64,000 nucleotides of DNA from an uncultured Actinomycetes bacterium (GCA_963719245.1 CAVRBG010000006.1:78905-142904), one strand, 5' to 3'; counted from the first letter of the stretch, positions 20,034 to 30,912 are shown. A program made the numbers and translations. The notes: generated from the letters alone by a model not told the origin.

Positions 20034-23000
20034 ATGAAGGTGGCGGACGCTCCGACGACGCGCACCGTCGGCGAGCGTCACCGGATCCTCGAGCTCGTCG
20101 GCTTCGCGCTGCTCGCCTACGTGCCGTTCCTGCTCTCGTCGCCCGGTCGCGTCGCCGCGGACACGAAGCAGTACCTCTACCTCGACCCCGACCGCCTGCT
20201 GTCCCGCGCGCCGTACCTGTGGGACTCGCACATCGGGTTCGGCACGGTCTCGCACCAGATCATCGGCTACCTGTTCCCGATGGGCCCGTTCTTCTGGCTC
20301 ACCGACCACGTCGGCGTACCCGACTGGATCGCACAACGGCTGTGGCTCGGATCGATCTCGCTGGCGGCCGCGCTCGGTGCACGGTGGCTCTTCCGGATGT
20401 TGGGCGTCCGGCGGGCGGGCGCCATCGCCGGCGCGCTCGTCTACATGCTCACGCCGTACCAGCTCGCGTTCACGGCGCGGATCTCGGTGCTCCTCCTCGC
20501 GTGGGCCGGGCTCCCGTGGCTGGTGGGCCTGGCAATGCGGGCCGTGCGCCACGCCGGCTGGCGCGACCCCGCCCTCTTCGCCCTGGTCGTCCTGACCATC
20601 GGGAGCGTCAACGCGAGCTCGCTCGTGTTCGTGATCATCGGACCCGCGCTCTGGCTGCTGGTGGACGCGTGCCGGGGCCGCGCCGCGTTCGCCGCCGTGC
20701 TCCGCGCCGGCGCGCGGATCACCGTCCTGTGCGTCGGGGTGTCGTTCTGGTGGATCGTCGGGCTCCGGATCCAGGGCTCGGAAGGGCTGCCGATCCTGCA
20801 GCTCACCGAGTCCGTGCGCACGGTGGCGGCCGAGTCCACCCCCACCGACGTCCTCCGCGGGATCGGCAACTGGTTCTTCTACGGCAAGGATCGGCTCGGC
20901 TTCTCGATCGACCAGGCGTCGTCCTACGCCGACGACGTGTTCGTCCAGATCGCGAGCTTCGCGGTGCCGGTGGTGGCGTTGGCCCTGGCCGCGGTCAGCC
21001 GCTGGCGACACCGGGCCTACTTCCTGCTGCTCGTCGTCGTCGGCGCGGTCGTGTCGATCGGTGCCTGGCCCTACGACGACCCCAGCCCGTACGGCGCGCT
21101 GTTCAAGTGGTTCGCCGGCGACACCGCCGCCGGTCTCGCACTGCGCAACACGCCGCGCGCGGTACCGCTGCTCGTGCTCGGACTCGCCGGTCTCGTGGCC
21201 GCCGGCGTGTCCGCGCTCGCGCCCCGCCTCGGCTCGGTCTGGCCGGCCGTGGTGATCGGCGTGCTCGTGTGCGCGGCGCTGGTCCCGGTGTGGACGAACG
21301 GCTACCTCTCACGCCACCTCGACCGCGCCGAGGACGTGCCCGCCTACTGGAAAGACGCCATCGCCGCGCTCCAACGCGAGGGGAACTCGACGCGGGTGCT
21401 CGAGATCCCCGGGAGCGACTTCTCCGCGTACCGGTGGGGCGACACCATCGAGCCCATCACCCCCGGCTTGATGGACCGGCCCTACGTGGCGAGGGAGACG
21501 CTCCCGTCGGGGACCGCGGCCTCGGTCAACTTCCTGGTCGCGCTCGACCATCGCCTGCAGGACGGCACCCTCGAACCCGACGCGCTCGCCGCGTACGCAC
21601 GGCTCGGCAACATCGGGGCGATCGCGCTCCGTTCCGACCTCGAGTACGAACGGTTCGACACGCCCCGTCCCCGCCTGCTCTGGGAGCTGCTGACCGACCC
21701 CGTTCCCGGCGGGCTGGACGACCCCCGCGCCTTCGGGCCGGACACGCGCAACCGCGCGTCGTCGTCGGTGCCCGCAATCGATTCGACGGAGTTGGCGATC
21801 CCCCCGTCGGCTTCCGATCCCCCGCCGGTGGCGCTGTTCGACGTGCAGGACGCGGTGCCCATCGTCCACAGCGCCCCCACCGAGCAACCGGTCGTGCTGG
21901 CGGGCGACGGGGAGGGCATCGTCGACGCGGCCGCAGCCGGGCTCCTCGACGGTCGCTCGCTCGTCCTGGAGTCGGGCTCGCTCACGGCGACGGAGATCCG
22001 ACGGCAGCTGCGCGAAGGCGCGGATCTCGTGCTCACCGACTCGAACCGTCGACGCAACCAGCAGTTCTTCGCCGGCGTGCGCGACAACAACGGGTACACC
22101 GAACGCGCCGGGCAGGACTCGTCGACCGACGAGTTCCGGCTCGATCCCTTCCCGCAGTCGACCGACGCGTCGCGCACGGTCGTGGAGCAGCACGGCGGGA
22201 CGGTCGACGCGACCGGGTACGTCACCCCCAGCGACCGCCCCATGAAGGCGGTCGACGGCGATCCGCAGACCGCGTGGCTCGTCGACGGGGACGTCGTGGG
22301 CCAGCACCTCGTGATCACCGCCGACCACGAGCAGACCATCGACCACGTCACGCTCGCGCAACGTCCGTTCGGCCCCGGCGACCGTTCGATCGCGCAGGTG
22401 AAGCTGACGTTCGACCAGGGCGATCCCGTCACCGTCGTCCTCGACCCCTCGTCGGGCGCTCCCGCCGGCCAGACCATCCCGTTCGCCCCGCGCAACGCCA
22501 AACGCGTCGACATCGAGATCGAGAGCGTGAACACGCCCACGGCCGACAGCCGCAACGGTGTCGGGTTCACCGAGGTGGGGTTCGGGGACACGCGGGTGAG
22601 CGAGACCGTCCGACTCCCCGTCGACGTCGCCCGTGAGGTGGGCGACGCCGCGAACGGCCACCGCCTCGACGTCGTCCTGTCACGGCTGCGGAACGACCCG
22701 GCGCGCCGACTCGACGAGGAGTCGAACCTCGACCGCCGGTTCGTGCTCCCCGATGACCGCGCGTTTCTCCTCTCGGGGACCGCACGCGTCGACCCGAACG
22801 CCACCGACGCCGTGCTCGACGACGCGCTCGGCACGACCGCTCCGGGAACCTCGTACACGTCGTCGTCGCACCTCTTCGGTGACGCCGATGCACGCGCGTC
22901 GCGCGCCTTCGACGACGATCCCACGACCGCATGGACACCGGTGCTCGGCAGCCAATACGGCGCGTGGATGAACGTCTCCCTGCCCGCACCCCGGACCGTC

Positions 23001-24237
23001 GACCGCATGCGCTTCTCGTTCGTGGCCGACCGGAAGCATTCCGTGCCCACGACGTTGACGCTCTACGCCGACGGGCAGCCCGCGCGCACCCTGCCCCTCC
23101 CGAACGTCTCGATCGGGAAGCAGGACGGCACGCTGCGGACAGTGGACCTGGTTTTCGATCCCGTCACCGCCAAGGAGTTCAAGATCCAGATCGACGGGCT
23201 CCGGCAGCGTGTCGCCGAAACCGGTCCCGAGTCGCCTCCGGTGCTCCTGCCCCTGTCGATCGCCGAGGTCGGGATGGCCGAGCTCCCGGTGCCGGCGGAT
23301 CCGGCGACGATCGACACCGGGTGCCGCAGCGATCTCGTGAGCGTCGACGGGCAACCGTTCCCCGTCGAGATCCACGGGGCGAGCCGCGCCGCCCGCACCG
23401 GCCTCGACGTCACCGCCTGCACGCCGTCGTTGGCGATGACCGCGGGTTCGCACACCGTCCAGACGGTCCCCGGCGTGGTGCACGGGCTCGGCATCGACCG
23501 GGTCGTGCTCTCGTCCGACGATGACGGCCGGCCGGCGCCGGTCACGCCCGCCGGCGCGCCCGTGAGCACGTCGGGCGCGCGCGTGCAGATCACCGACTCG
23601 ACGCCCGACTCGTTCCACCTGAAGGTCCGCACCGACGGCGAGCCGTTCTGGCTCGTCCTCGGTCAGAGCCACAGCGACGGCTGGGAAGCCACCGTCGACG
23701 GGCACTCACTCGGCACGCCGCAACTGGTGAACGGCTTCGCCAACGGATGGACGGTGCGTCCGGGCGGTGCGGGAACCCTCGACGTCGTGCTGCGCTGGAC
23801 ACCGCAACGCACTGTGTGGTTCGGCCTCGCCATCTCCGCAGTGGCGGTGCTCGGGTGCTTGGCGTTCGTGGTCGTTCGCCGACGGCGGCCGCTGGTCGCG
23901 CGCGGCCCCGAGCTGTTCGACGAGCCGCTTGAGGGTTCGCCGTTCGCGTTCGCCGCGGCAGCGCCGACCACCGGGGCACTGGTCGGCGCTGCGATCACGA
24001 CCGCGGTCGTCACGGCGCTCGTCTCGCGCTGGTGGATCGGCATCCTCGTCGGTGTCGCGCTGGTCGTCGCGGCACGGGTGCACGCGCGGCCGACTCCTGG
24101 TCGCCGGGGGCGCGCCGGTTGCGCTGGCACTGGGAGCGTTGTTCGGCCTGCCCAAGCTCGGATGGATCGCGCTGGGCCTGCTGATCGCGGACCTGGTCGC
24201 CGGCTGGTGGTGGGCACGCGGGCCTTCGCCGGACTGA
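20034..24237 (+). CDS. AftD-like (DUF3367 / alpha-(1->3)-arabinofuranosyltransferase family) giant GT-C glycosyltransferase, paralog 1; one frame change in the C-terminal TM region
   Basis: ORF 20034..24287 (1417 aa). N-terminal PGRVAADTKQYLYLDPDRLL and GYLFPMGPFFW, with a multi-TM GT-C core. There are two discoidin/F5-8-type-C-like motifs (MKAVDGDPQTAW, SRAFDDDPTTAW) and a C-terminal FWLVLGQSHSDGWEATVDG..LRWTPQRTVW followed by TM helices. After about 24090 the TM-like reading (LLVAGGAPVALALGALFGLPKLGWIALGLLIADLVAGWWWARGPSPD*) lies in the frame of ORF 23767..24237. Confidence 0.85.
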
Positions 24238-24293
24238 GCTCGCCCGCGCGCCCGGCCGCGATCGCGCCAGTGAGCGTTCAAGGCTAATCCGAC

Positions 24294-24322
24294 GGATGTC
24301 GACCCAAGTATGGATGTCGACC
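24294..24322 (+). repeat. Perfect 11-bp direct repeat GGATGTCGACC x2 (period 18 bp) spanning two in-frame ATGs of the GH43 gene
   Basis: Read directly: the copies are at 24294-24304 and 24312-24322. Each contains ATG plus the GTCGAC palindrome. Confidence 0.6.
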
Positions 24323-25981
24323 GAGGGCAAGGCTTCGAGGGGTGCGACGCTGAGACGTGAACGGGCGTTGATCTGCTCCTCGAAGTCACCTCGGACCCGT
24401 CGATACCGCCGCCGCGCACTGGTCGTGCTCGTCGCGCTCTCCGCCGTCGCCCTCGCCGGTTGCTTCGGACAAGGCATCCGGCGGGTCGGCAACCCGCTCA
24501 CGGCGGAGCAGATGCCGCCCGGACTGTGGCGGTCACTGGGTGGGAACGACTGCACGTGGAGTCGGATCCGCAGCGGCACGCCGAACAACGCAGGTTCGAG
24601 CACGCACACCAGCGGTCCGCACTACGCGCAGATCGAAGCGTCCGACATCGGATTCGCGATCGGCAAGTGCCTTCCGTTCTGGCAGCACCCGGGCCCCTTC
24701 GCCGCGCCACTGGTCCAGCCCGGCAAGCCGTTCGGGGACGGCGACTACCTCATCGGCTACGAGGTTGCCCCCGGGACCTACGTCGCCAGCCCTCCCGGCG
24801 GGCAGACGTGCCGGTGGGCGGTGGTCAAGGGCTTCCACGGTCTCGACGCTTCCGGACGCGACCCGGACTTCGTGCGCGGTGCGTCGACCACCGCAGCTGC
24901 GCCGGTCGCGGTGATCGAGCCGGGCAATTTCGGCTTCACGTCGCAAGGGTGCGGTCAGTGGCAGTCGACCGGGCCGCTCCCCCCGGCTCCCGGCGGCGCC
25001 GCGGCCGCGGGGCTCGAGATCGACGGTGTCGTCGAGGACTTCCCCGACCCGTCGGTGCTGCGGGTCGACGATCCCGGCGCCTGCGGCGGATCCGCCCCGT
25101 GCTACTACGCGTACTCGACCGAGTCCGGCTTCCTGGGGCTGGTCACGGTACCGGTCGCGCGCTCCACCGACCTTCAGACCTGGGAATGGGCGGGGACCGA
25201 CTTCACCGGACGTGCGGGCGTCCCCGACGGCATTTCCGACCATGACGCCATGCCCGTACGGGCGCCGTGGACGCAGTTCGGCGCGCACTGGGCGCCCGAT
25301 GTCCTCGTCCGGCCGTCGAACCCGCCCGACCAGCGCTACGTCATGTACTACACGGCCAAGTCCCTCGACGCCTCCCCCTATGGAGGCAAGCAGTGCGTGG
25401 GCATCGCCACCGCCGCGTCGCCGGACGGTCCGTTCGTCGACCACGCGACCGCGCCGGTCCTGTGCAACACCACCGCGAACGGCACGATCGACCCGAGTCC
25501 GTTCGTCGCCTCCGACGGCAGCGTCTACTTGTCGTACGCCGACGACACGGGGATCCGCAGCCAGCGATTGTCGGCGTCCGGTCTCTCCCTCGCGGGCGAC
25601 GAACAGGTGATCATGACCTTCGACAGCGGGTACTCGTGGGAGCTGCCGCGGATCGAGGGACCGACCATGCTCAGCACGCCTGCGACGGGCATCGTCCTGC
25701 TCTACTCCGCCGGCACCTTCTCGCATCCGGACTACTCCGTGGGCGCGGCGCGTTGCGACACGCCCCTCGGTCCCTGCCACCGCATCTATTCGACTCCGCT
25801 GCTCGCCACGCGCGGCGCCATGTTCGGAAGCGGCGGCCAGACGCCCTTCCAGCTCGCGGACGGATCGTGGCAGCTCGCGTTCCAGGCCTGGGAGGGTGTC
25901 GTCGGCTATGAGTCGGGCGGTGTGCGGAGTCTCCACCTCCTTCCGCTGACCTTCCCCGCCGGCACGCCCGCCGTCGGCTGA
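24296..25981 (+). CDS. Lipoprotein with a C-terminal glycoside hydrolase family 43 domain (arabinofuranosidase/arabinanase/xylosidase-type five-bladed propeller)
   Basis: ORF 24296..25981. Signal peptide and lipobox: RRRALVVLVALSAVALAGCFG. All four GH43 blocks are present: FPDPSVLRVDD..YYAYST, HWAPDVL..YVMYYTA, TIDPSPFVASDGSVYLSY, IEGPTML..LLYSAG. The N-terminal ~230 aa are Cys/Trp-containing and of unknown family. The frame is intact. Confidence 0.8.
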   Translation: MSTQVWMSTEGKASRGATLRRERALICSSKSPRTRRYRRRALVVLVALSAVALAGCFGQGIRRVGNPLTAEQMPPGLWRSLGGNDCTWSRIRSGTPNNAGSSTHTSGPHYAQIEASDIGFAIGKCLPFWQHPGPFAAPLVQPGKPFGDGDYLIGYEVAPGTYVASPPGGQTCRWAVVKGFHGLDASGRDPDFVRGASTTAAAPVAVIEPGNFGFTSQGCGQWQSTGPLPPAPGGAAAAGLEIDGVVEDFPDPSVLRVDDPGACGGSAPCYYAYSTESGFLGLVTVPVARSTDLQTWEWAGTDFTGRAGVPDGISDHDAMPVRAPWTQFGAHWAPDVLVRPSNPPDQRYVMYYTAKSLDASPYGGKQCVGIATAASPDGPFVDHATAPVLCNTTANGTIDPSPFVASDGSVYLSYADDTGIRSQRLSASGLSLAGDEQVIMTFDSGYSWELPRIEGPTMLSTPATGIVLLYSAGTFSHPDYSVGAARCDTPLGPCHRIYSTPLLATRGAMFGSGGQTPFQLADGSWQLAFQAWEGVVGYESGGVRSLHLLPLTFPAGTPAVG

Positions 25982-26030
25982 ACGGCCTCGGTACCGTCCA
26001 CCTGTCGCGCGCCTGTGCCAGCATGCGGCG

Positions 26031-27106
26031 GTGAGCGAACCGCTCGTCGACGTCGACGCCTACGAGCAGGCCGCGCAGGCCACCGCCGAGCCCTACGCCT
26101 GGGAGTACCTCGCCCGGGGCAGCGGGGCGAACACCACGGTGCGGGAGAACGTGGCCGCGTGGCAACGGTGGGCACTGCTCCCCCCACGTGCTGCGCGACG
26201 TGTCGACCATGGACGTCTCGACCACCGTGCTCGGCACCACCATCCCCGCACCGATCGTCGTCGCGCCGACCGCGATGCACCGCTTCTTCAACGACGACGG
26301 CGAGCTCGCGACCGCGCGCGCAGCGGAGGTGGCGGGCACCGTGTTCGTCGTGTCGATGGCGGCCACCACGTCGGTGGAGGAGGTCGCGGCCGCCGCGCCC
26401 GAAGGCGCGCGTTGGGCGCAGATGTACATGCTCCGCGACCGTGGCCGCACCCGGGCTCTGGCGGAACGCGCCCGGGCCGCCGGGTACGGCGCGATCGTGG
26501 CGTCGGTCGACGGGGCCGCGGTCGGGCGTGGCATCGCCAGCGCGTCGGCCGGCCGGCTCACGCCCCCGGACTGGGTGCGGTACCCGAACCTGGCAACCGG
26601 CGACGACGCCGACAGCTCCGACATCATGCGGATGGTCTCCGACTTCGATCCGTCGGTCACCTTCGACGACCTCGCCCGGTTCGGCGAGTGGAGCGGCCTC
26701 CCGTTCGTGGTGAAGGGGCTGTTCCGCGGCGACGACGCGGCGCAGCGCGGTCGACGCCGGCGCAGCCGGGATCGCGGTGTCGAACCACGGCGGGCGCGTG
26801 CTCGACGGCATCGCCGCCACCGCCGACGTGCTCCCGCAGATCGTCGACGCGGTCGCCGGGCGCGCCGAGGTGTACGTCGACGGCGGGATCCGGCGCGGCA
26901 CCGACGTGGTGAAGGCCCTGGCCCTCGGGGCGCGCGCGGTGATGGTGGGGCGACCGGTGCTGTGGGGCCTCGCGGTCGACGGTGCCGACGGCGCGGCGGA
27001 GGTGCTCGCTCTGCTGGCCCAGGAGTTCGAGGCGGCGATGGCCTTCTGCGGTGCGCGCACGGTCGACGAATTGACCCGCGATCTCGTGACCCGTGTGGGA
27101 GGGTGA
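26031..27106 (+). pseudogene. FMN-dependent alpha-hydroxy-acid dehydrogenase/oxidase (LldD/glycolate oxidase family); 2 frame changes
   Basis: ORFs 26031..26912 (..YAWEYLARGSGANTTVRENVAAWQRWALLP), 26188..27915 (VLRDVSTMDVSTTVLGTTIPAPIVVAPTAMH..WAQMYML..PFVVKGL) and 26777..27106 (AVSNHGGRVLDG..VYVDGGIRRGTDVVKALALGA..GRPVLWGLA). The joins are at a C6 run (26180-26185) and near 26745. Confidence 0.8.
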
Positions 27107-27111
27107 CGACG

Positions 27112-27915
27112 ATGGACCTCGGACTCGACGGGAAGGTGGCGCTGATCACCGGCTCGTACCGCGGCACCGGCGCGGGCATGGCGCGGGTGCTCGCCGCCGA
27201 AGGCGCAACCGTCCTCGTCCACGGCCTCGAGCCCGGTCAGGCCGACGCGACTCTCGGCACGATCGCCGACGCGGGCGGTCGCGGCCACACGGTGACGGGT
27301 GACATCCGCACCGACGCCGGCACCGACGACCTCGTGCGCGCCGTCCGCGCCGTCGTCGACCGGGTCGACATCGTGGTGAACAACTACGGCATCGCCGAAG
27401 GCAGTGACTGGGACACGTCCGACACCGCGAGCTGGCACGGCAGCTACGACACCAACGTCGTGACCGCGGTCCGGGTGACCCAGGCGTTCCTGCCCGACAT
27501 GCAAGCGGCGGGCTGGGGCCGCATCGTGCTGGTGTCGACCGTCGGCGCCACCCGTCCGGGCGACACCATCCCCGAGTACTACACCGCCAAGGGTGCGCTG
27601 CCGTCGATGGCCGTCGGTCTCGCCAAGCACCTGGCCGGGACCGGCATCACGGTCAACTGCGTGAGCCCGGGCATCATCGCCACGCCAGAGATCGTCGAGT
27701 CCTTCACCGAGCGCGCCCGCCGCGCCGGCCGACCGACCGATTGGGCGAGCGTCGAGCAGCTCATCCTCGAGGGCCGGATGGCGAACCCGTCGGGCCGCGT
27801 CGCGACCCCGGAGGACGTCGGTCGCTTCATCGCCTTCGTGGTCGGCGAGCCGGGCTGGCACCTGAACGGCGCGCACCTCCGCTTCGACGGTGGCGCCGCC
27901 GATGCCGTGACCTGA
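27112..27915 (+). CDS. SDR-family oxidoreductase
   Basis: In the frame of ORF 26188..27915: MDLGLDGKVALITGSYRGTGAGMARVLAAEGATVLV.., NNYG, and YYTAKGAL (YxxxK). The frame is intact. Confidence 0.8.
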   Translation: MDLGLDGKVALITGSYRGTGAGMARVLAAEGATVLVHGLEPGQADATLGTIADAGGRGHTVTGDIRTDAGTDDLVRAVRAVVDRVDIVVNNYGIAEGSDWDTSDTASWHGSYDTNVVTAVRVTQAFLPDMQAAGWGRIVLVSTVGATRPGDTIPEYYTAKGALPSMAVGLAKHLAGTGITVNCVSPGIIATPEIVESFTERARRAGRPTDWASVEQLILEGRMANPSGRVATPEDVGRFIAFVVGEPGWHLNGAHLRFDGGAADAVT

Positions 27916-27920
27916 GCGCA

Positions 27921-29033
27921 TCACGCGGCCCTCGGCGGTGGCAGCCCCAACTGCAACGCGTCCTCGGCGGGCAGATCGTCCACCCGTCGTAGCCGGAGCC
28001 CGTCGGGTTGGTTGGGGTTGCCGACGAGCGCCCAGCGTCCGGCCGGCACCAGCAGCGCGTGGTGGGTGCGACACACCGCGGCGAGGTTGGCGATGTCGTC
28101 GGTACCACCCCAGGACCGTGGTTGGAGGTGGTGCACGTCGAGACCGTGGCGCAGCTCACAGCCCGGCATCCGACAATGCGCGTCGCGCAACAGCACCGCC
28201 CGGGTGATCTTCGCCGACAGTGCCGTGGTCTGGCGTCCGACCGCGATCCGCACGCCGCGGTCGTCGACGAGCACCGGCTCGACCCGCGCGTTCGCCCGGA
28301 GTGACTCGACCACTGCGTCGGACAGCGGGATCCCGGCGATCTCCGCCGGCCCCGCCAGGGGCACCTCGACCACCAACAACGGCTTCGCCGCCGCCGTCGG
28401 TGCCTCCACCGCATCGAACAGCTCGCCCAGCTCGTCGAGCGCATCCGCGTTGCGATGCTCCCGCGAGTCCCACGACCGGCCCTGCACCGGCTTCCTCCGG
28501 TCGGCCATCCGAGTGATCGTGGCCTCGAACCGGGCGCCCATCAGATCGGGCAACTGGCCCCGCAGATGCAACATGTCGCCCCGCCACCACATCCGCAAGC
28601 CCCGAGCCTCCCGACGCGCCCGCGCGTCCTCCACCGACGGCGTCGCCTTCGTCCGCGCCAGGCGAGCCAGATCCGCCGGCGCCACGTTCGGTGCCCGCAC
28701 GGCCCACTCCGCATCCGACTCCTCGTCGGCCAGCTCCACGACCGACCCCAACTGCTCCGAGCTCAGCCTTCCCGCGTACGCCGCCGCCGTGACCGCGGGC
28801 AGCGACTCGAGCCGACGCGCCGTCTCGACCGTCTCGCGCACGGTGCGCGTCGACACCCCGTCGCACCCGGCGAGCGAATCGTCGATCCGACCGCGCTCGT
28901 CGAGCACCGCCACCACCGCGAGCTCTTTCGTCCGCAGTCGACGCTGCTCACGCACCAGCTCCTGGCGCTCCGCAACCAACCGCTCCGTCGGCCACGTCCG
29001 CAACTCGTCGAGGTGATCGGCAACGTCGAACAT
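27921..29033 (-). CDS. HNH endonuclease with an N-terminal DUF222 domain (13E12-repeat-type actinobacterial selfish-gene family)
   Basis: ORF 27921..29033(-), intact. The C-terminal part reads LLRDAHCRMPGCELRHGLDVHHLQPRSWGGTDDIANLAAVCRTHHALL (HNH motif). Confidence 0.8.
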   Translation of the reverse strand: MFDVADHLDELRTWPTERLVAERQELVREQRRLRTKELAVVAVLDERGRIDDSLAGCDGVSTRTVRETVETARRLESLPAVTAAAYAGRLSSEQLGSVVELADEESDAEWAVRAPNVAPADLARLARTKATPSVEDARARREARGLRMWWRGDMLHLRGQLPDLMGARFEATITRMADRRKPVQGRSWDSREHRNADALDELGELFDAVEAPTAAAKPLLVVEVPLAGPAEIAGIPLSDAVVESLRANARVEPVLVDDRGVRIAVGRQTTALSAKITRAVLLRDAHCRMPGCELRHGLDVHHLQPRSWGGTDDIANLAAVCRTHHALLVPAGRWALVGNPNQPDGLRLRRVDDLPAEDALQLGLPPPRAA

Positions 29034-29062
29034 GCACCGATCAAACCATGCGGGTATGACAG

Positions 29063-29723
29063 TTAACGCCCGGATTCAGCGGATATCGCCAGGAAATCCC
29101 GGCAGGCGTCGAGTCCCTCGATCTCGATGTCGTCGCGGCGGCGTTCGAGCCACCGGTCCCGGGTCAGGATCCACTTCCGCATCTGTACCGGGCTGCCCTC
29201 GCGGCCGACCGTCGCCGATCCGTTGGGCTCGTACCCGTTCGCGCGGCTGACCGTCTCCGACGACGGGTTGTCTGCGAACGAACCGCTGTGGGCCTCGACG
29301 GCTCCGAGGCCGTCGAAGGCGAAGTGGAGCACCGCGGCCCGCATCTCCTTGCCCAGGCCCTGCCCCTGCGCGCGGCGACCGAGCCAGGAGCCCGTCGTCA
29401 CCGAGCGCGTCACGGGGAACTGCTGCGCCTCCACCTCCTGGATGCCGACGGGCCGTCCGCTCCGGCACACCACGAGCGGCAACCCCCAGCGCTCGGTGGT
29501 GAGCTCGGCGCGCCCGCGACCAGAGGAACTGCAGGACGCCGCGTTCGAGTGCCGGCGACTCTGCTCTCGTCCACGGCTCGGAGAACGGCATGGTGTCGGG
29601 ATCGTGGATCCCCTCGGCCGCCAACGCCGCGATCGCCACGACATCGTCGTCGTCCGGGTAGCGCAGCTCGACGCGCGGCGTGCGCACGCGCAGCTCGAAC
29701 AGCGGCCAGTACGGGTTCGACAT
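29063..29723 (-). CDS. GNAT-family N-acetyltransferase (RimJ/RimL-like); one frame change
   Basis: ORF 29076..29777(-) from MSNPYWPLFELRVRTPRVELRYPDDDDV.. joins near 29510 to ORF 29063..29812(-) (..WGLPLVVCRSGRPVGIQEVEAQQFPVTRSVTTGSWLGRRAQGQGLGKEMRAAVLHFAFDGLGAVEAHSGSFADNPSSETVSRANGY..). Confidence 0.75.
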
Positions 29724-30067
29724 CGGTCCATGGTGGCATCCGCCCGACGAGCCCTGCGGCGCCATTTCGATGAGCACGACGGGGCGCGCTTCGAGTTGTG
29801 ACCTTCCGCCACGCTGTCGCCAGACGCCGCAGCGCTGGACGGTTCAGCGGCCGTAGTGGCAGCTATCGCAACTCTCTCCGCCCTGACTTCCCGGCAGCAT
29901 CACCGATCCTCTCGGAGGGCTTCCGCCGCCTCGCTTCGCTGCACCCATTCGGCGTGCAGGCCCCGCCGTGCCCAGCTGAGCATCACACGGTCGTCAAGAA
30001 ACGCGGAACGAGACATCGAATGGCATTGGGCGCAGCATCCGACCGAGCCGTAGCGATTTTCGAGTCG

Positions 30068-30784
30068 ATGGAGCACCGACGTGGATACCGTCTCCACATG
30101 CCGTTCTTCGATCCACTTCCGCCGGAGCCGCCACTGCCATCGTTGCCCCAACCCAGAGGTTGGCGGCCCCCGGCGTGGGACCGCCCGTCGGAAGCCCTCC
30201 TGGGCGCGGTCGTCCCGACCGCGATCGTGCTCGCCAAGAACGACGAGCTCGCGCTGCTGCTCGATGACCTCCGCGCGTATCCGAACGGCTTCTCGTTCGT
30301 CCTGGCGATCCAGCGCAATCCAATGGCTCCCCGCGTCATGGACGGCCCCATGCCGATGGGCATGGGGCACCCGATGCACCGGCGCGGTCCACGCCTCGGG
30401 CTCGAGTTCCCCGATGGCACCCGCGTCCACGATCCGTGGCATCGGCCCGGTGGGCCGCTCGGTTTCCTGCCCGGTCGCGGCGTCACGCAGACCGCGATGC
30501 TCTCTACGGGCCGCGGGGCACCGGGCCCCGCGAACCCGTTCGGCGTGCCCACCGACGAGCTCGGCATCCCCACCGTGCCCGTCCTCCTGCCGAGGGGTGG
30601 CGGTGGCGGCGGCGAACGGTTCACGATCGGGTACTGGTGCTTCCCGCTTCCCCCCGCCGGCACGGTCGACGTCTACGTGGAGTGGGCGGATCAGGACATC
30701 GCGGAGACATCAGCGCCGCTCGACGCCACGCTCATCCGCGACGCCAGTGAACGCGTCGTGACGCTGTGGGAATCCGACACGTAG
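30068..30784 (+). CDS. Hypothetical protein (Pro/Gly/Met-rich centre; no family recognised)
   Basis: ORF 29798..30784(+), trimmed to MEHRRGYRLHMPFFDPLPPEPP. The upstream 270 nt have lower G+C and non-protein-like codon usage. An alternative start is at 30098. The frame is intact. Confidence 0.5.
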   Translation: MEHRRGYRLHMPFFDPLPPEPPLPSLPQPRGWRPPAWDRPSEALLGAVVPTAIVLAKNDELALLLDDLRAYPNGFSFVLAIQRNPMAPRVMDGPMPMGMGHPMHRRGPRLGLEFPDGTRVHDPWHRPGGPLGFLPGRGVTQTAMLSTGRGAPGPANPFGVPTDELGIPTVPVLLPRGGGGGGERFTIGYWCFPLPPAGTVDVYVEWADQDIAETSAPLDATLIRDASERVVTLWESDT

Positions 30785-30912
30785 TTCGTCAGCGCGCCGG
30801 CTCTCCGAGGAGCTGGTCGATGCGCGCGTTCAACGCGGCCTGATCGGTCACGTGGACGCCCAACGCCATCGCGACAGCTTCCTCCAATTCGTCCGTTCGC
30901 GTGGCTCGCCCG

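Noticed and set aside
19950-21011. N-terminal ~350 aa of ORF 17904..21011(-).
   Set aside because: It is Arg/Glu/Asp/His-rich and antisense to AftD-like 1. The membrane protein plausibly starts at GTG 19949 (or ATG 20024).
30789-30869. 26-codon minus-strand ORF (MALGVHVTDQAALNARIDQLLGEPAR) with a GGAGGA 9 nt upstream.
   Set aside because: It is too short and has no recognisable family. It could be a remnant or chance. It is noted only as part of the accessory interval.
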